Shown here: in pieces, positions 13,867 to 27,693 of the stretch
How the letters are laid out: each line of letters opens with the position of its first letter
How positions within the stretch are numbered: the first letter of the stretch is position 1
NCBI GenBank assembly: GCA_010093605.1
Contig: MU004181.1
Span: 2,604,001 to 2,668,000 of the forward strand
DNA from: Lophium mytilinum
Lineage: Eukaryota
DNA length: 64,000 nucleotides
Direction: 5' to 3'
The notes under the pieces: model-generated
What the model saw: the letters and a program-made list of their open reading frames with translations, nothing else
Databases searched by the model: none
What the model was told of the DNA's origin: nothing
Made by a program: the position numbers and the translations under genes

Positions 13867-16800
13867 CGCATCTTTGGGAGGACTACTGGAGGAGCAGTTG
13901 GTTGCAGTCCGCTCAGGCAGATCTTCCCACGCGGGCGGGAGGAAATCAGCTTGGGGCGCCAGGTGGGCGGCGCTGTGCTCACGAGTCACGACGGCTTGCC
14001 AGCGGATACGGGGCGCTTAGCCGCTAGGCACAGGATAGATGCCCAATAGCTGCCTTGTAGCGGTTTTTCCTCCAAAAATCATCGCGCCTTACTACACAAA
14101 GGCCAGATGAGGGTGGGGATGTAGTCGTGATTTACAGTAACGAAGATCAAGAACGACAGCAGATGGGGGCCTTATTTCGTTGATGTCACTAAATTGCTCT
14201 GTATCAAGCTTAGCGACCTATCGTTGCTCAATCTATAAATAAATCAAGACGTCACATGACCTAATCGAACATCATGTGAAGGGACTGGTACAAGTTCCAT
14301 GGCACGAGGAGTCTCATGAGTGTGTTCATGGAGGAAGTGATACTAGTACATGAAGACCTAGGAACACTTTCCATTGAGTGAGCACAATGGACAAACCTTT
14401 CGCTTACGCAATGGGCAGCTACATTCGATACAAAAGACTGTTCAAAGGCTTGGGGTATAGGTTCCTAGGCCCGGGTGAAGAGTTGACTCACAAAGGCAAG
14501 CGATGCGCGAAGCACTACCATACGCAAGCGCTCATGACAACGCATGGAAATGATATAAGGCAACCAATACTTCACCCAACGTACAAGGCAGGCAGAAGCC
14601 ACCCTAGCTCAGCGAACCGGCTCCAGAATTCCTCTTGAAAAGGTACCACGTTCCTGGCGCATTCAGCAGCCTCGAATATTGCATTTGTGAGCCGCACTTT
14701 GTCGCACAGTGATCATATCCAGGCGAGCGTTCGCGATGCACGAGCAATGCAGCGGGATGGAACTAATGCCCCGGGAATGCTTCCGATGCAACGCTGCGTG
14801 ACAAAACTCCTCATAGTGCATGCACAGACGACAAGTAGCCATCGAGTCATCGAAGCAGGCGGATGAGCGGTTCGTGAAGCACCCGAGCCACCGGGTTGCC
14901 CGACAGAGTGGTTGCTGGGTCTGGGGGAAGCCATCGTGCGTTCCGGGTGGTACGAGATGATTGGGCCTCCCGTGGTGCAAGATAACGGTGCATCGCCGGG
15001 GAGCGGCATCTCTAGAACCAAGCCCGAGCGAGTGATGCCTTGCGTGCTCGTTGAAGATAGGAACCGCAAGCTAGGGGCAGGGCTTTGCGGCCGGGGATGC
15101 ATCGTACCGTCCCGATATCACGCTGCAGCGCTGGAGATTGTGCAGCATGATGATCGCATGACAGGTGTAACAGAGCGGCCTTGGATGGGCGCGCAAATGC
15201 ACCATTGTAGAAAGAACATGGCTGGTAAAACGTCGGAACTTACGCAAGAAATGGATGTGACTGCGAAGACGACGTGCAGGAGTGACAGGCACGATAGGGG
15301 ACAATGTCAGAATTGGGAAATGTGAAAGACTGACCTGCAGGTGGTGAGACAATCAAACCTTGATGGCGCGCGAGCCGCTGCACACGCAATCAGTAAATGG
15401 CGTAACAGAGAGCGGGTCAAGCTGCAAGAAGCACGGTCGCAGGTGCGGCATCGACGATGTGGGAATGAGGCATTTAGTCGTGGATCGGCCGAGGGGGAAT
15501 TCATTTCAAGGCAGGCTGAGAGGCCGGTGAGAGAAATGGTGACGCGATGTACCAAAACAATGTTCCATCGTCAGTTCCGCGGCGAAAGGTGGCAGTGGAC
15601 GTAGTAAAAGGGCCGTATGGGCGGGTGGGGATGGCGGGTTCCATGCCGTGAAGAGCCCAGCTGGCTGGAAGCGAATTTTAGAGAAACCCAAGAGCCGTTG
15701 TATCGGGCTGGCTATCGGGCGGACGAGAATTGGGCTCGCGGAAGACACGGCCCATAGTTTTGTGTGGAGCCACATCCAGATGGGGTCGGCGGGCGAATGT
15801 TGAGACGGACGCTTCAGCCTTAGCCTTGCCAGTGATGCGAGGTGTCGGTGCGCCGAACGATGGACTCCTCCCGCCTGGTGCCCGAGCGAAAATCTGGGGG
15901 CCCGAAAGAAGGAATTATCAAGTTGCCGCCGCATCCAGCAACACTGCCGGCCAAATCCCCTGATCTGTGCTCGCCGCCTGTGTGTCTGGGACTCGGCCTA
16001 CGCGTCGCACGTCCTCAGTCGGGTTTGACTGCCGGCATACAGCACGAAAGAGGCAGGAGGGCGCAAGGCTGAAGACGTGCTGGTAGGGAAATCCATTCAG
16101 CCTGATGTCCCAGGCAACGCTGCTGATTGTTCATGCACACAAGTTTGCTATGGGCGCAAATCCGAGAGCCGAGTATCCCACGCGTCGCATGGCCTCAGCT
16201 CCTGAATACGCTGCGGTGTAGACAGTGCATCGGAGCACTAGACACACTCGTCTTTCATCTGCGATCTCATTGGGCCACCTCTGGTTGGACGCCCGTGGTC
16301 GCAGTCTGCGTCACAGAGTTTACTAGGTGTTCCTAGACACCGTCTCCGAAATGGTTGGGCATCTCCTGTCGGCGACGTTGGGACGCTCTGGGGCCCCCCC
16401 TTTTCTCTGCAGTGTGGAGGGAGGGCAGGATGGGATGGAGTGGTGTTGAGGTAAGCGCCGCTGCCAGGCCTGGGAAACGAAACTCGCAGCATTCGTGAGA
16501 CGTTTGATCGGTGAAGGCCATGATTCATGGCCCCCGGGAAAGTTCAACCAGTGCGGATGATCATAGGGTGAATACTCCACCATGGATTTGTTCTCGGCGG
16601 CGCTGGGCTGCAGCCGTCACGCGGAATGCCCTTCGTTGAGACGAAGGGAGCCGGATCCTGGCTCTGGGCTCCCAACAGTGGCGGCGACGGCGTGTGTCGA
16701 CATGCAGTGAATCAATGATGATTGGTGAAGACACCGGGGAGGTGAAGGCTTATGTGGGGACATCATCTGCATCTCGTCTCTTCCCCTCGTTCCCGGCGCC

Positions 16801-17824
16801 GACTCTAATTTCCCACGTGGCATCAAGGATGGCACTGACTAGAGGGCGCAGATGGGCAGGGTCGCTGATAGGTGAGCGGCACGATCGACAGGCGCCCCGG
16901 CGGCATCCTTACAGCCTTGGTGAGGGTTGGTCGTGGGGGTGGGGGTGTTTAGCGGCCCGTCCATAGTCAGCTGTAACGGAAAGGCACGCCTGGCCGTAGC
17001 ATGAGAGAAAGCTGATCCGCAAAGTGAGACGGCTGGCCGTGTCGCCGTCGTACAGACAGGGTAGGCTGTGCCTCGATTTTGAGGTGGATGCTATCCGTGC
17101 GAACCTTCAGAGGAGGCCGAAAGCGAGCCAGGCATGGGTGCATTTAAGGAGCATGCCTCCGAGTCCCTCTCTCCCCGACCGAGACGCAACCCATCGGATA
17201 TCACACCGTCTTTTTTGCCCTCTCGTAGCCCTCGTTCTCTCCCTGCTACTCGTGTCGCCGCTTACCTGGTGTGATTGCCGCCTTCAATATCTGCTTGTCG
17301 CCCTTTTCCACGTGTCCGGGCAACTTCGCCCTCTTTGCCCGTAAGTTCCTGGGGAGCCAACCAAGAATCCTGACAATCTGCTAGATGTGGGAGCTAAGGA
17401 CCCATGTCGCCCTAGATATCTGTCCGGTACCCGTTCCAGAGCACCTCCCAGAGGCCACGCGAGACTGTCCATAAAGCCACGGCCCTGCCACCTGCGAGAC
17501 TCACGCCTCTCTCCTCCCTTCACCATAGCGTACTGTCCATATACTCGTTGTAGTCCCACCGCTCGTCTGCAACAAGCATCCGAGTCAACGAGCTTCATCT
17601 TGCTTGACTAGACGCCGTACCCTTCGCTGACGAAAGAAGTTCGACCTATCGTGAGTGCATCACTGAAGGATGACCTGTCCATCTCCAAGGTTATTGATGA
17701 ATGAGCAGACCCTACCTCCGCCCTGATCTGTCAACTGAGTCACTCGAAGGCTCTCGCTGGTCGCTTGCTACCAAAATTTAGGCATTCCTCTTTAGCTCTC
17801 TCGTAACAGCCGGAAAGAGTCAAG

Positions 17825-18571
17825 ATGCAACTATTGGAACGAGTTGGCAGAGACTCGCACGTCGAAAGTCCACATAATGTTCAGGGTAAAGGAGAGAAAA
17901 GAAAGCTTCCAGAGCTATCTAAAGATACCTTAGAAAGGCACAACAAATGCTATCGGAAGGTAAGAGTCCTGATGAACATTCGGGGATACAACAGACCGAC
18001 ACTGACCAATTCGTAGACGAATGAAGCCTTCGGGAGGTCCGCGATTCGCCAGGAGGCAGCGCTGGCTTGCGACCAGATCATGTATGGTCGGCACTACGGC
18101 AAAGTCGTAGCCTTGCACGACGGCTTCGTGCCTGGGCCCGACGAGAGAAGTATGCCGTCGCCGTCGCCGCCATCAACGAACAACATCAACATATACGCCA
18201 GCACAACGGCGTCGTCCGAGACTCCGATGGGTCGCTTCATGTTTCCAAGCCCGGCTGTTGACGCCCAACCATGGCTGGCACGAGGGATGCTTGCAGACAG
18301 CGGACTAGCCTGCGGCACCATGGAGAGTCTCGAGTCGAGAAGGCTAGCAATGGAGTTCATGGCTCCTGACAACAATGAAGACGAAGCAGACGGCAGCCTG
18401 TGCCATTCGTCGCCCACCCTGCCCGCGCTGTCGAAGTCTGAAGCCATGCGGCTGGTGAATGAGAAGAAAGAAAGGGGATTCATGGGAAACCCTCGGGTCC
18501 AAAGAAACATCAAAAGACGACGGGCTCATACCTCCAGAGACGCCCAAGATTCAAGGAACACACCGGAGTAG
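17825..18571 (+). CDS. Hypothetical protein, 2 exons (intron 17960-18016)
   Basis: The 17825 ORF splices in phase 0 (AAG|GTAAGA...CTGAC...TAG) into the frame of the 18080-18571 ORF; basic C-terminal stretch (IKRRR). Confidence 0.55.
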
Positions 18572-19678
18572 TAAAGGTCAAGTGACACGCCACAGCTACC
18601 TGCGGCCGCTACACGATGGCCTCAAGTTGAAGTTAAACGGGGTCTACGAGAAGGATGTGCCTTCACCCACGGTTGTCATCAAAATTTTCGGGGTTTCTAT
18701 TTCATCTTGTCAGTATAGGAAGCAACGCAAATCTGTATTTGCATCCCCCATAGTTCCTGCGGTGTTCTCGTGTGTGCTGTGTGAAAGTATCTCGCCGCTC
18801 GCTACCCCCATGACAGGAGCTGCAAACCCGAGATCGGTCTGCGAGGCATCGATGCAGGCGAGAGGATTGGGAGGAGGCTGACGCGAGTTGACGCAACATG
18901 ACCAAGCGGACGAACTAGCCATTGGAAGGGCTTTTTCAGGGCCCACGCCAATCGCGCCCGCCGCCAGGGACTGCCGCGGCGGAAAAGTTGTGACGAGCTG
19001 CATTGTGTGCACCCACCGCCTGTTCGTGTGCTCAGCCTGCTGGCCATTCTGCCATTCTGCCAGTCTGCCATTGTCGCTGCGTGGGCAATGCGTCGCATTG
19101 ATGCTGGTTTATACTGTCTTTGTCGTCGCTTTGTCCCCAGCCTTGGGGAGTGCAGAACAGCGGGTGGTCGTAGCACACAAAGAAACCCGCGGCGGCGGCC
19201 ATCGTGAATGCAACCACGGCTCTTATCGTCGTGCTTCCCAAGGCTCGCCGGGTTCCAGAAGAGTGCATTCCCTGCATCTGGCGAATTCTTCACAAAGAGT
19301 GCAAGCTCTTTCACTGCTGGCTGGTGACGCTTACATGTAGCACGGCCAACGCGCCGCAGTGCCAGCGGCCTCTTGCTTCTTCCACTTGCCACACGACCGC
19401 CTGCCCATCGTGACGGCGTCTAAAAGCTCTAATTCTCACTTGCCGCTGCCTCCCGTATCCAATAAACCCGACCGCCTGCCGTCGTGTGACCACCTCCCAT
19501 CCTTTGCGCTGAACCCTTGGAACGCCCTCACCGTCCCGCTGCTCGACCCCCACTCAAACTCCGAAACCTCCTACACCGCCAGCATAATACTCTGCTCCTC
19601 CTCTCCAATACCTCTTCCCCACCTGCTTCCACCCTCTGCCCGACCTGAACCAGCCCTACAGCATCCAGCAGACATAGC

Positions 19679-22063
19679 ATGAGCTCGCAATCCTCCAAAC
19701 TCCGCCGCACCTCGTCTATCGAACCCGATCCGCTCTCCGCCCCCCATATCTACTATGGACAGTCCCACAAGAGGGGCGACAGAACCCGCACCTATTCTGC
19801 CGTAAGCTAGCTCATTGACAGCTACACATACTCGCTGACGCCCTCCTAGATCTTAGACAAGCAGAGCCGCACCCAGCAGCTTCCTTCACGGAGAATCAGC
19901 CACGGTAAGCACAACAGCACAGCTTACAATTGACAGGAAGCTGACATTCTGTGTGCCCCAGATGAGGTCTCCATCCAACCCCGAAAGTTTATCGTCGATG
20001 TGAAATCAACCCTCGCCTTGCTGTTAGCACAGGAGGACACCGATGGCAACATGCAGATTACAATTGACGACCAAGGGCCAAAGGCATGTTGTATCATATG
20101 CAAGGAATGCAGTCCGGAGCTGACATTCGACAGGTTTTCTCGGTTGGGTCGTCCAGGTCTAACGGGTTCAACAAATTCGACATCCGCGGTGCCTACATGC
20201 TCGCCAATCTCCTCCAGGAGCTTACCTTGGCTCAAGACTATGGCCGAAAGACTATCGTCTTGGACGAGGCACGTCTGAATGAGAATCCAGTCAACCGCCT
20301 GTCACGCTTGATCTCCACTGTCTTCTGGGACGGCTTGACTCGTCGAATTGACGGCTCCAACATCGCTAAAGTCGGTCAGGACCCGAAAGACTGGACCCCC
20401 GATCCCCGGCCCAGAGTCTACGTCCCGAGAGGTGCCCCAGAGCAATACGAATACTATACTAGGGTTGCCGAAGAGCATCCCGACATGCGTCTTGATGTGC
20501 AATGGCTTGCAGAGGACTGCGATGCAGATGATTACGTCAGGGATCTGAATGACGCACCTGGATTACTCGCGATTGCCATGGAGGAATTCGTGGACCCCAA
20601 GACGGGCAAAACCGACCTTCGCGGTCTACCTTTCGTTGTCCCAGGCGGACGATTCAACGAGTTGTACGGCTGGGATAGCTACATGGAATCCCTGGGCTTG
20701 TTGATCAACGACAAAGTGCATTTGGTCAAGTCTATGGTCACACATTTCTGTTTCTGCATCAAGCATTACGGAAAGATTCTCAATGCCAATCGGACATACT
20801 ATCTCTGCCGCTCTCAACCTCCTTTCCTCACCGATATGGCTCTCCGTGTTTTCGAGCGAATCAAGCACGAACCTGGCGCAATTGATTTCCTTCGGGAAGC
20901 TGTGCTTGCCGCGATCAAGGAGTATCACAGCGTTTGGATGGCACATCCCCGACTTGACCCGGTCACTGGCTTGTCGAAATACTGTGCTGGTGGTATTGGC
21001 GTGCCTCCAGAGACAGAAGCTTCTCATTTCGAGCATCTCTTGGAGCCCTATGCGAAGAAACACGGTATGACGTTCACCGAGTTCGTGAACGCGTACAATC
21101 ATCGCACCGTGCTCGAGCCAGCCCTCGACGAATACTTCTTGCATGATCGCGCTGTGAGAGAGTCTGGACACGACACATCCTACCGTTTGGAGAAGGTGGC
21201 CGCTCATCTTGCGACTGTTGATCTGAACGCACTCCTCTACAAGTATGAAACCGACATCTCTCGAATTCTCCGTGCCCATTTCGACGACAAGATGGTGATG
21301 CCTGCTGAGTTCTGCGCCAAAGGCATGCCTGCAAATTACGTCGAGACTTCGGCAGCTTGGGATCGCCGCGCGAGGAAGCGACGTCTAGCCGTCGACAAAT
21401 ATATGTGGAACGAGGAAAAAGGGATGTACTTCGACTATAACACGGTCAAGAAAGAACAGACCGGGTACGAAAGTGCCACCACTTTCTGGCCAATGTGGTC
21501 CGGTCTTGCCACACCCCGACAAGCATCAGTACTCGTCGAACAAGCGCTGCCGAAATTCGAAGTCTTTGGAGGGCTTGTGTCCGGTACAGAGGAATCTCGT
21601 GGTCCCGTAGGACTTGACCGTCCAAATCGACAGTGGGACTATCCGTTTGGATGGGCTCCTCAGCAGCTGCTTGCTTGGGTTGGGCTCCAGCGCTACGGAT
21701 ATGAGGTCGAAGCTCAGCGCTTAGCCTACCGATGGCTTTACATGGTCACAAAAGCTTTTGTCGATTTCAATGGTGTTGTCGTCGAGAAGTATGATGTCAC
21801 TCGCCAAATCGATCCTCACAAAGTCGAAGCAGAATATGGAAATCAAGGCAGTGATTTCAAAGGGGTTCCTCGCGAAGGGTATGTTTGCTGACTCCGCAAT
21901 CTAACAGCCACAGTGTAGCTAACTTGAACCTAGGTTTGGCTGGGTCAACGCCAGCTACATCTACGGACTATCCCTCATGAACCACCACATGAAGCGTGCG
22001 CTGGGCGCCATGACTACTTACGATACATTTGTCAGGGCCACCGAAGCTCTAGGCCTCGACTAG
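19679..22063 (+). CDS. NTH1: Neutral trehalase (GH37), 5 exons
   Basis: Ca-binding motif [53 protein letters not shown] and [10 protein letters not shown] motifs; N-terminal PKA-like sites (RRTSS, RRISH). Confidence 0.97.
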
Positions 22064-22734
22064 AAAAGAGCATTCACATTAGAAGGCTCATTGCCTATTG
22101 ATACCCCCCGGCATCGAGCAATCACGCAGGTAATGAACCTACTGCAGATTGCTCCTAGAACAGCGTGTGCTTTTTCCTCTTTGTCCTCATTTTCCTTGTC
22201 ACTGTCGTTTCGGCTTGATCTTAATGATCCTAATGACTGTTCTGTGGCTGTTTTGTGGAACTGGTTCATTCACGGGCTGATGGCTTTTGAAACCCTATGG
22301 CGAATCGGTTTCTGTGATGTTTTACTCCCTGAAAAGGGAAGATGGGAACTCTGTCGGGATGGCGACCTATGCCTATAATTGAATTTGATACACTCATTTG
22401 ATATTAATTATTTCCCGGCCTGATACGTGCTGATATGCGCCCTTGAACTTCTTACATCGCACCCAGATCTTTCAAAGTAGGCCGAGGGACTCTACGCAGT
22501 TGCAAATAACGGTACTTGATCGCTTGCTTTAGGTCCGATTTATAATTCACGGTAAATAATATCTCCATCTACCATGAAATCGTCGAGAGATATGCAGCAC
22601 ATCGCAAACCTGGCTAGCTTTGGTATGGGTTTGCAACTGCTCAGAATGCATCGAGGTACCTCACTCCGTCCTCAAGACACGCAGTCACCCAGCCCTCTCA
22701 TCCCAATTTGAAGCGCCCCGCCAAAACCACCAAG

Positions 22735-23094
22735 AAACTGCCTTCAAATCAGACAGAAAACTGATCCCCTTTGACCCCAACCTCCCCAATACGAGCCACC
22801 CCCGAGCACGCCAACCCCCCGGCAGAACGCTTTGGGACCGAACCGCAAATCACCCACTTTCGCATCCCCTTTCCAATACCCCCCAAATCAGGCACACTTT
22901 AACACAATTTTGCAAGTCCACATAATGAATTGGTGTACTTCACTGCCCCCTAGACACGTGCAACCTCCCGGCACTCCAAGTCCAATATGAAGTCCCTTGT
23001 CAAATCCATCGAAAAACTGCCTTCAAATCAGCCATAAAACCCATCCTCTCTGCCCACCCCTTGCCCAGCACAAGCCACCCTCGAGCACGCCAAC
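22735..23094. repeat. Two 81-bp imperfect direct repeats (22735-22815 and 23014-23094)
   Basis: AAACTGCCTTCAAATCAG...AGCCACCCYCGAGCACGCCAAC occurs twice; ungapped, about 16 mismatches by manual alignment. Confidence 0.85.
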
Positions 23095-23511
23095 ACAACA
23101 CCAAAAACCCGCCTCCCCGTTCTAACGCCTCTGTAATCAGCCCTCCTCAATCCACCATTTTTGCGCATACGAAGGTGAACACGGACAGGGGAGGAGATTC
23201 TGAAGGGTGGCTGGAGTGATGGCAGACTCGGCTGTCGATTCGCGGTAGTTGAGGACAGGCTAATCACCGCACTTGCAGCAGACCACCATTGAGAAATTCA
23301 TGAATCGAGAAAAAAAAAGCAATTTCGAAGAAGGTTTTCATGGTAGATCATCTACGAACGTAAATATCGGAAGAAAGCCCAGACTCGCCAGCTAGAAGCA
23401 CGACAGCCCCAAGGATCTAAACGCCAGGACCTGGCGCCGCCATGCTGTTGTTCTATCGCAGTCTAAGGTGGTCAAAGATGAGTTTGGTAGCAGCCAAAGA
23501 TTCAGATTGCT

Positions 23512-25369
23512 TTATAGCTTCTCCTTCAGAGCAGACTTCAGCCTCCGCTCCACCGCCTCAAGGTACTTGGTCGTGGTGACCCATGACGCTCGGTCCTTCT
23601 TGCCGCACGCGAGCGCTAGATCCTTCGTCATGATGCCGTCGATGTCGACGGTGTCGATGCAGGCACGCTCCAGGCTTTCAGCGAACGTGACGACTTCGGG
23701 AGTGCCGTCAAGCTCGCCGCGTTTGGCTAGACCTTGTGTCCATGCGAAGATGGAGGCGATGGGGTTGGTGGAGGTTTCGTTTCCTTTCTGGTGTTCGCGG
23801 TAGTGGCGGGTTACGGTGCCGTGGGCAGCTTCAGCCTCGTAGGTCTTGCCATCCGGAGTGATGAGGACTGAGGTCATGAGGCCGAGCGAGCCAAAGCCCT
23901 GGGCGACAATATCAGATTGGACGTCACCATCGTAGTCTAGACTTTGGTTAGTGGACTGCTTTTGATATCGCAGAGAGAAAGAGTAACACGTGACGTATCG
24001 ATCGCATGCAAAGGCGTGAATACATACTCTTCATAGCGATGATGAAACCACCCTCGCTCTTGATCATCTGCGCAACCATATCATCGATCAAACGATGCTC
24101 GTACCAGATCTTCTTGGCTTCAAAGTCCTTCTTGTACTGGTTGTCGTAGATGTCCTGGAAAACGTCCTTGAACTTGCCATCGTATGCTTTCAAGATGGTG
24201 TTCTTAGTGCTCATATACAGTGGCAGTTCCTTGTCCAGCGCAAGCTTGAAGCTAGCATGAGCAAAACCGGTGATAGATTCAGTGGTGTTGTATTGAGTCT
24301 GGGCAACTCCGCCACTAGCAGGGAAGTCGTAAACCTTGATAACCTCTGGCTTTCCACCTTTCGGCGTGAAAACCATCTCCAATGTGCCCTCGGTGTCGAT
24401 AACGCGATCTTTCGCGCGGTATTGATCTCCGAAAGCATGACGTCCAATGATGATGGCCTTTTTCCAGCCTGGCACGAGACGCGGGATGCGAGGAATAACG
24501 ATAGGTTCGCGGAAGACGGTACCACCTCTGAGGATAGATGTCAGGACTGTGATCAGTGTAGGGGGCGTTTCTTGCCGCCGGGGTACCAAGGGTAATGCTC
24601 ACAGGATGTTTCGGATTGTCCCGTTTGGAGAGAGCCACACTGTTGTTTTCATGAGTACCTTGTCGGTTGTGTTCGCTCAGTCTATAGCTTACTCTTCTTT
24701 AGCTTGAACTCCTCCACTCGGGCCTCATCGGGAGTGATGGTGGCGCATTTGACACCCACGGAGTATTTAAGGATGGCCTCAGCAGCATCGTGCGTGACCT
24801 GATCTTCAGTCTCATCGCGGTATTCCAGGCCCTATTTTCCGTCAGCCTTCAATTGTTCTCAATTGTCTATACCCCGTAGATATCCGGCGATATGCGCTTG
24901 TGTGAAAGGAAGTGTTTGGACGCACCAGATCGTAGTATTTAAGGTCGATATCGAGGTATCTTGGGGACGTCAGTGGCACGACATGTACTGGCAGGCTGGG
25001 ATATGCGGTGTAGTTACTCACGGGTGGATGAACTGATTGGGTTGGTATTAGCATTGCATTGCATTGCAGAAAGCCGCGCAGACGACGCACCTTGTCCTTG
25101 ATGTCCTGCCAGATAATCCTGGTCATCTCATCGCCGTCCAGCTCCACCACCGGGTTCTTGACCTTGATCTTCTTAGTGGTCGCCATACCTCTCGCCTGGA
25201 CGTATGCAAATGCCAAAGGCTTGTACGCTACACGGGACGCCGCGGTCAATCCTAGAGGCCCTGAAGTTGGGGCAGTTGCAAATCCAGAGGGGATGCTGGC
25301 TGCGCGGGTAGATGCAAAGGCCTTTGATGTAACAGAGGTTGCAGCACGGCGCACAGCAGACGTCCTCAT
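23512..25369 (-). CDS. IDP1: NADP-dependent isocitrate dehydrogenase with N-terminal mitochondrial presequence; multi-exon, including an 11-nt microexon (25022-25032)
   Basis: [72 protein letters not shown] motifs. Confidence 0.97.
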
Positions 25370-26384
25370 CTTCGCGACTTCTCGGAGGGGCTGCAACACC
25401 TATGTACCAAGAGGCTTCTGTTCCACGGCCGGTAGTCGCGATTACTCGGAGGCACGACTCCACTATTCAGCCTCGCAACGGCTACAGCGGGCTCCCGGCG
25501 CTGTCAGAAGAGTGTGATACGTCGCAGACGGGAGGCGCTTGCAGGCAGCTGCCGGCGGGGTAAAGGAATCCGAGGTTGCGGAAGAATGCAATTGCGCTGA
25601 GATTCCGTGCGGTCGATTTCGAGAGTTCGTCCGTCGGCCAGCGTCTGGAGCCAGCAGCAACAAGAGAAAGAGGTGAGAGGGAAGAAGAGTGAGATGTCGA
25701 TGGCGTTTGCGCGTTATTCAAGCTCCATTGCGTCCTCCATCCTGCCCGCAAACTCGGTCTGCGCACCTGCCACTTGGGCATCCCACTCGCTGTTCATCGT
25801 CAAAGCGCACTGCACCACCCGAGTTTCGGCCTGGCCTTCTCCGGGGGGCCGAGGTGCCATTTTGGGGAACGGGCCTCGCGAGTAGACGAGCGGGTGCTAC
25901 AGCGATAAATTCAGGGTGCCGTCGAGTCGTGCAGGCTGGCGCTTTATATACCTGCTGGCTTTCACTATTCCAGATGATGCCTCTCGGCGCGCGTCGGTTT
26001 ACGTCGGGTGTCGGTACGAGACTCCCCGGAATGGCATATAAGGCGTATAGTCATTCACATGTATGGAGCAAGGGAGTCAGCCCCGATCGGGAACGAGATG
26101 CAGTGCTATATGCCCTATCTTCAACAGCTGGAAGACGGCAGCCGGCGTTGATCGTCTCGCAATGCTCACGATTTGCTCTTTTATTGGAAACGCAGCAGGT
26201 AGTTATAAGCGCATATATACGATGCCCTTCGGAAAACATGCAGGTGTCCAAACACCAACCCTATTTTATTAAGTAGTCATATAATGGAGTCTCTTTGATA
26301 GCCAACGCTTCTACGCGAGACCCTCGACTATAAGTACATGTTCGGAGATGCAACAGATCTTGACCTGACGATGCAATATTCCGG

Positions 26385-27693
26385 TCATAAGGAAGGTGTG
26401 GAGGTTGGATTGGCAGTGCAATTAGGGGGCGTGCCGCTAGGTTCTGGATCGGGAGTGTTCCTGTCCCCTTTGACCGTCTGGGCTTTCAAAAAAACCGGAA
26501 TTACACCTCCGGTTTCGAGTCCAAATGACCTATGGTTGACTGCTTGCAGCAAGCTTCCGATCGCTCCTGAATGGCTGGTGAATGAAATGAACGTATTCTC
26601 ATCCGAAGCGAAAATATCATCCAGTAACATCGTCATGCGAACTTTTCGTGTGGAATCGGGTTCACGCAAGTCGGCTTTCCAGAGCGGGTCTGTTTCCGCA
26701 AAACCGCCTTCGATCGTCAGGAACGGATAGGAATCGCGGATGAAAGTGGCAGAGCTGCGGCGATCACACGTATGCACGCCAATGGCCTCGCGGAGGAGCT
26801 ATAATGCTTTAGTCACACTGACGAATCTGTAAATATGAGAAGAGGTCCACTCACCTCTTTCACAATAGGCTTGAAAGGAAGCTGATATGGTAAATCCAAC
26901 TTCTCAAAGGTAATCGCCACGGTCTGAATGGCCCGTACCAAAGGGCTTACGTAGTATGTCTCTGGTGGAGGTATTCCATTTTCTTCTCCAGCCAACAATG
27001 AGTCCCACAGCTGATGTGCGTCTTGGGCTTGCTGTTCCCCGAGGTCGGTCAAATTAGCATCTGCCCACGTTATTCCGTCTGCGCCTTCGAGAAGAGACCA
27101 GTGACAGTCCCACGCCTCAGTCCCATATTTGGACTCGGCGACGTTGTGCCAGCCTTGTCCATGTCGGCCCATGAAGATGACTTTAAACTTGACATCATCG
27201 GGCGCATGCTCGTTCAAATGCCGTACGTATCTGGCAAATCGCTGCCACTGATCTTTTGCGGAGCTCAAATCGAGATCCTTAGACGATATATCATCAGTCT
27301 CGTAAGTACGATCGATCAGTCCAAAATTGCTCTTCTTCTACCCCTAATAAGCTCGGACAGATTCGAAGAGCGGGCATTTACACACAAAATCAAACTTTGA
27401 GGGATCTGTGCTGTCTTCAGATTGGAGGAAGTACCCCTTTACAGTGGAGTATTCGACGTGAGTGCCTGATTTTGCTTCTGGCAAGACCAGAGATGTATCT
27501 CCCATCATTACAAAAAATAGGCCCAACGCAGTTACAACAAAAAGAATAGGTCTGGCGGTCAAGTCTCAGCATCAGCAAGGCAATACATGAGCAATACACT
27601 CGGATTGGGTAAAGAGAAATCTGAAACTCACAGCGAAAATGAAACTCCGCAAAAGTTGAGGGATAGGTGGCGACTGAAAAAGCCAGGAGCCAT
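26385..27693 (-). CDS. Histidine phosphatase / phosphoglycerate mutase-like protein (PMU1-like) with N-terminal hydrophobic segment
   Basis: Catalytic RHG motif (MGRHGQGWHN), DANLTDLG, YVSPLVRA, HTCDRRS, SFTSHSGAI; first intron 27552-27631 joins an upstream ATG in frame. Confidence 0.88.

Noticed and set aside
25022..25032. 11-nt microexon in IDP1
   Set aside because: Real, but short 5' exons are ordinary in fungal housekeeping genes; recorded in the feature only.
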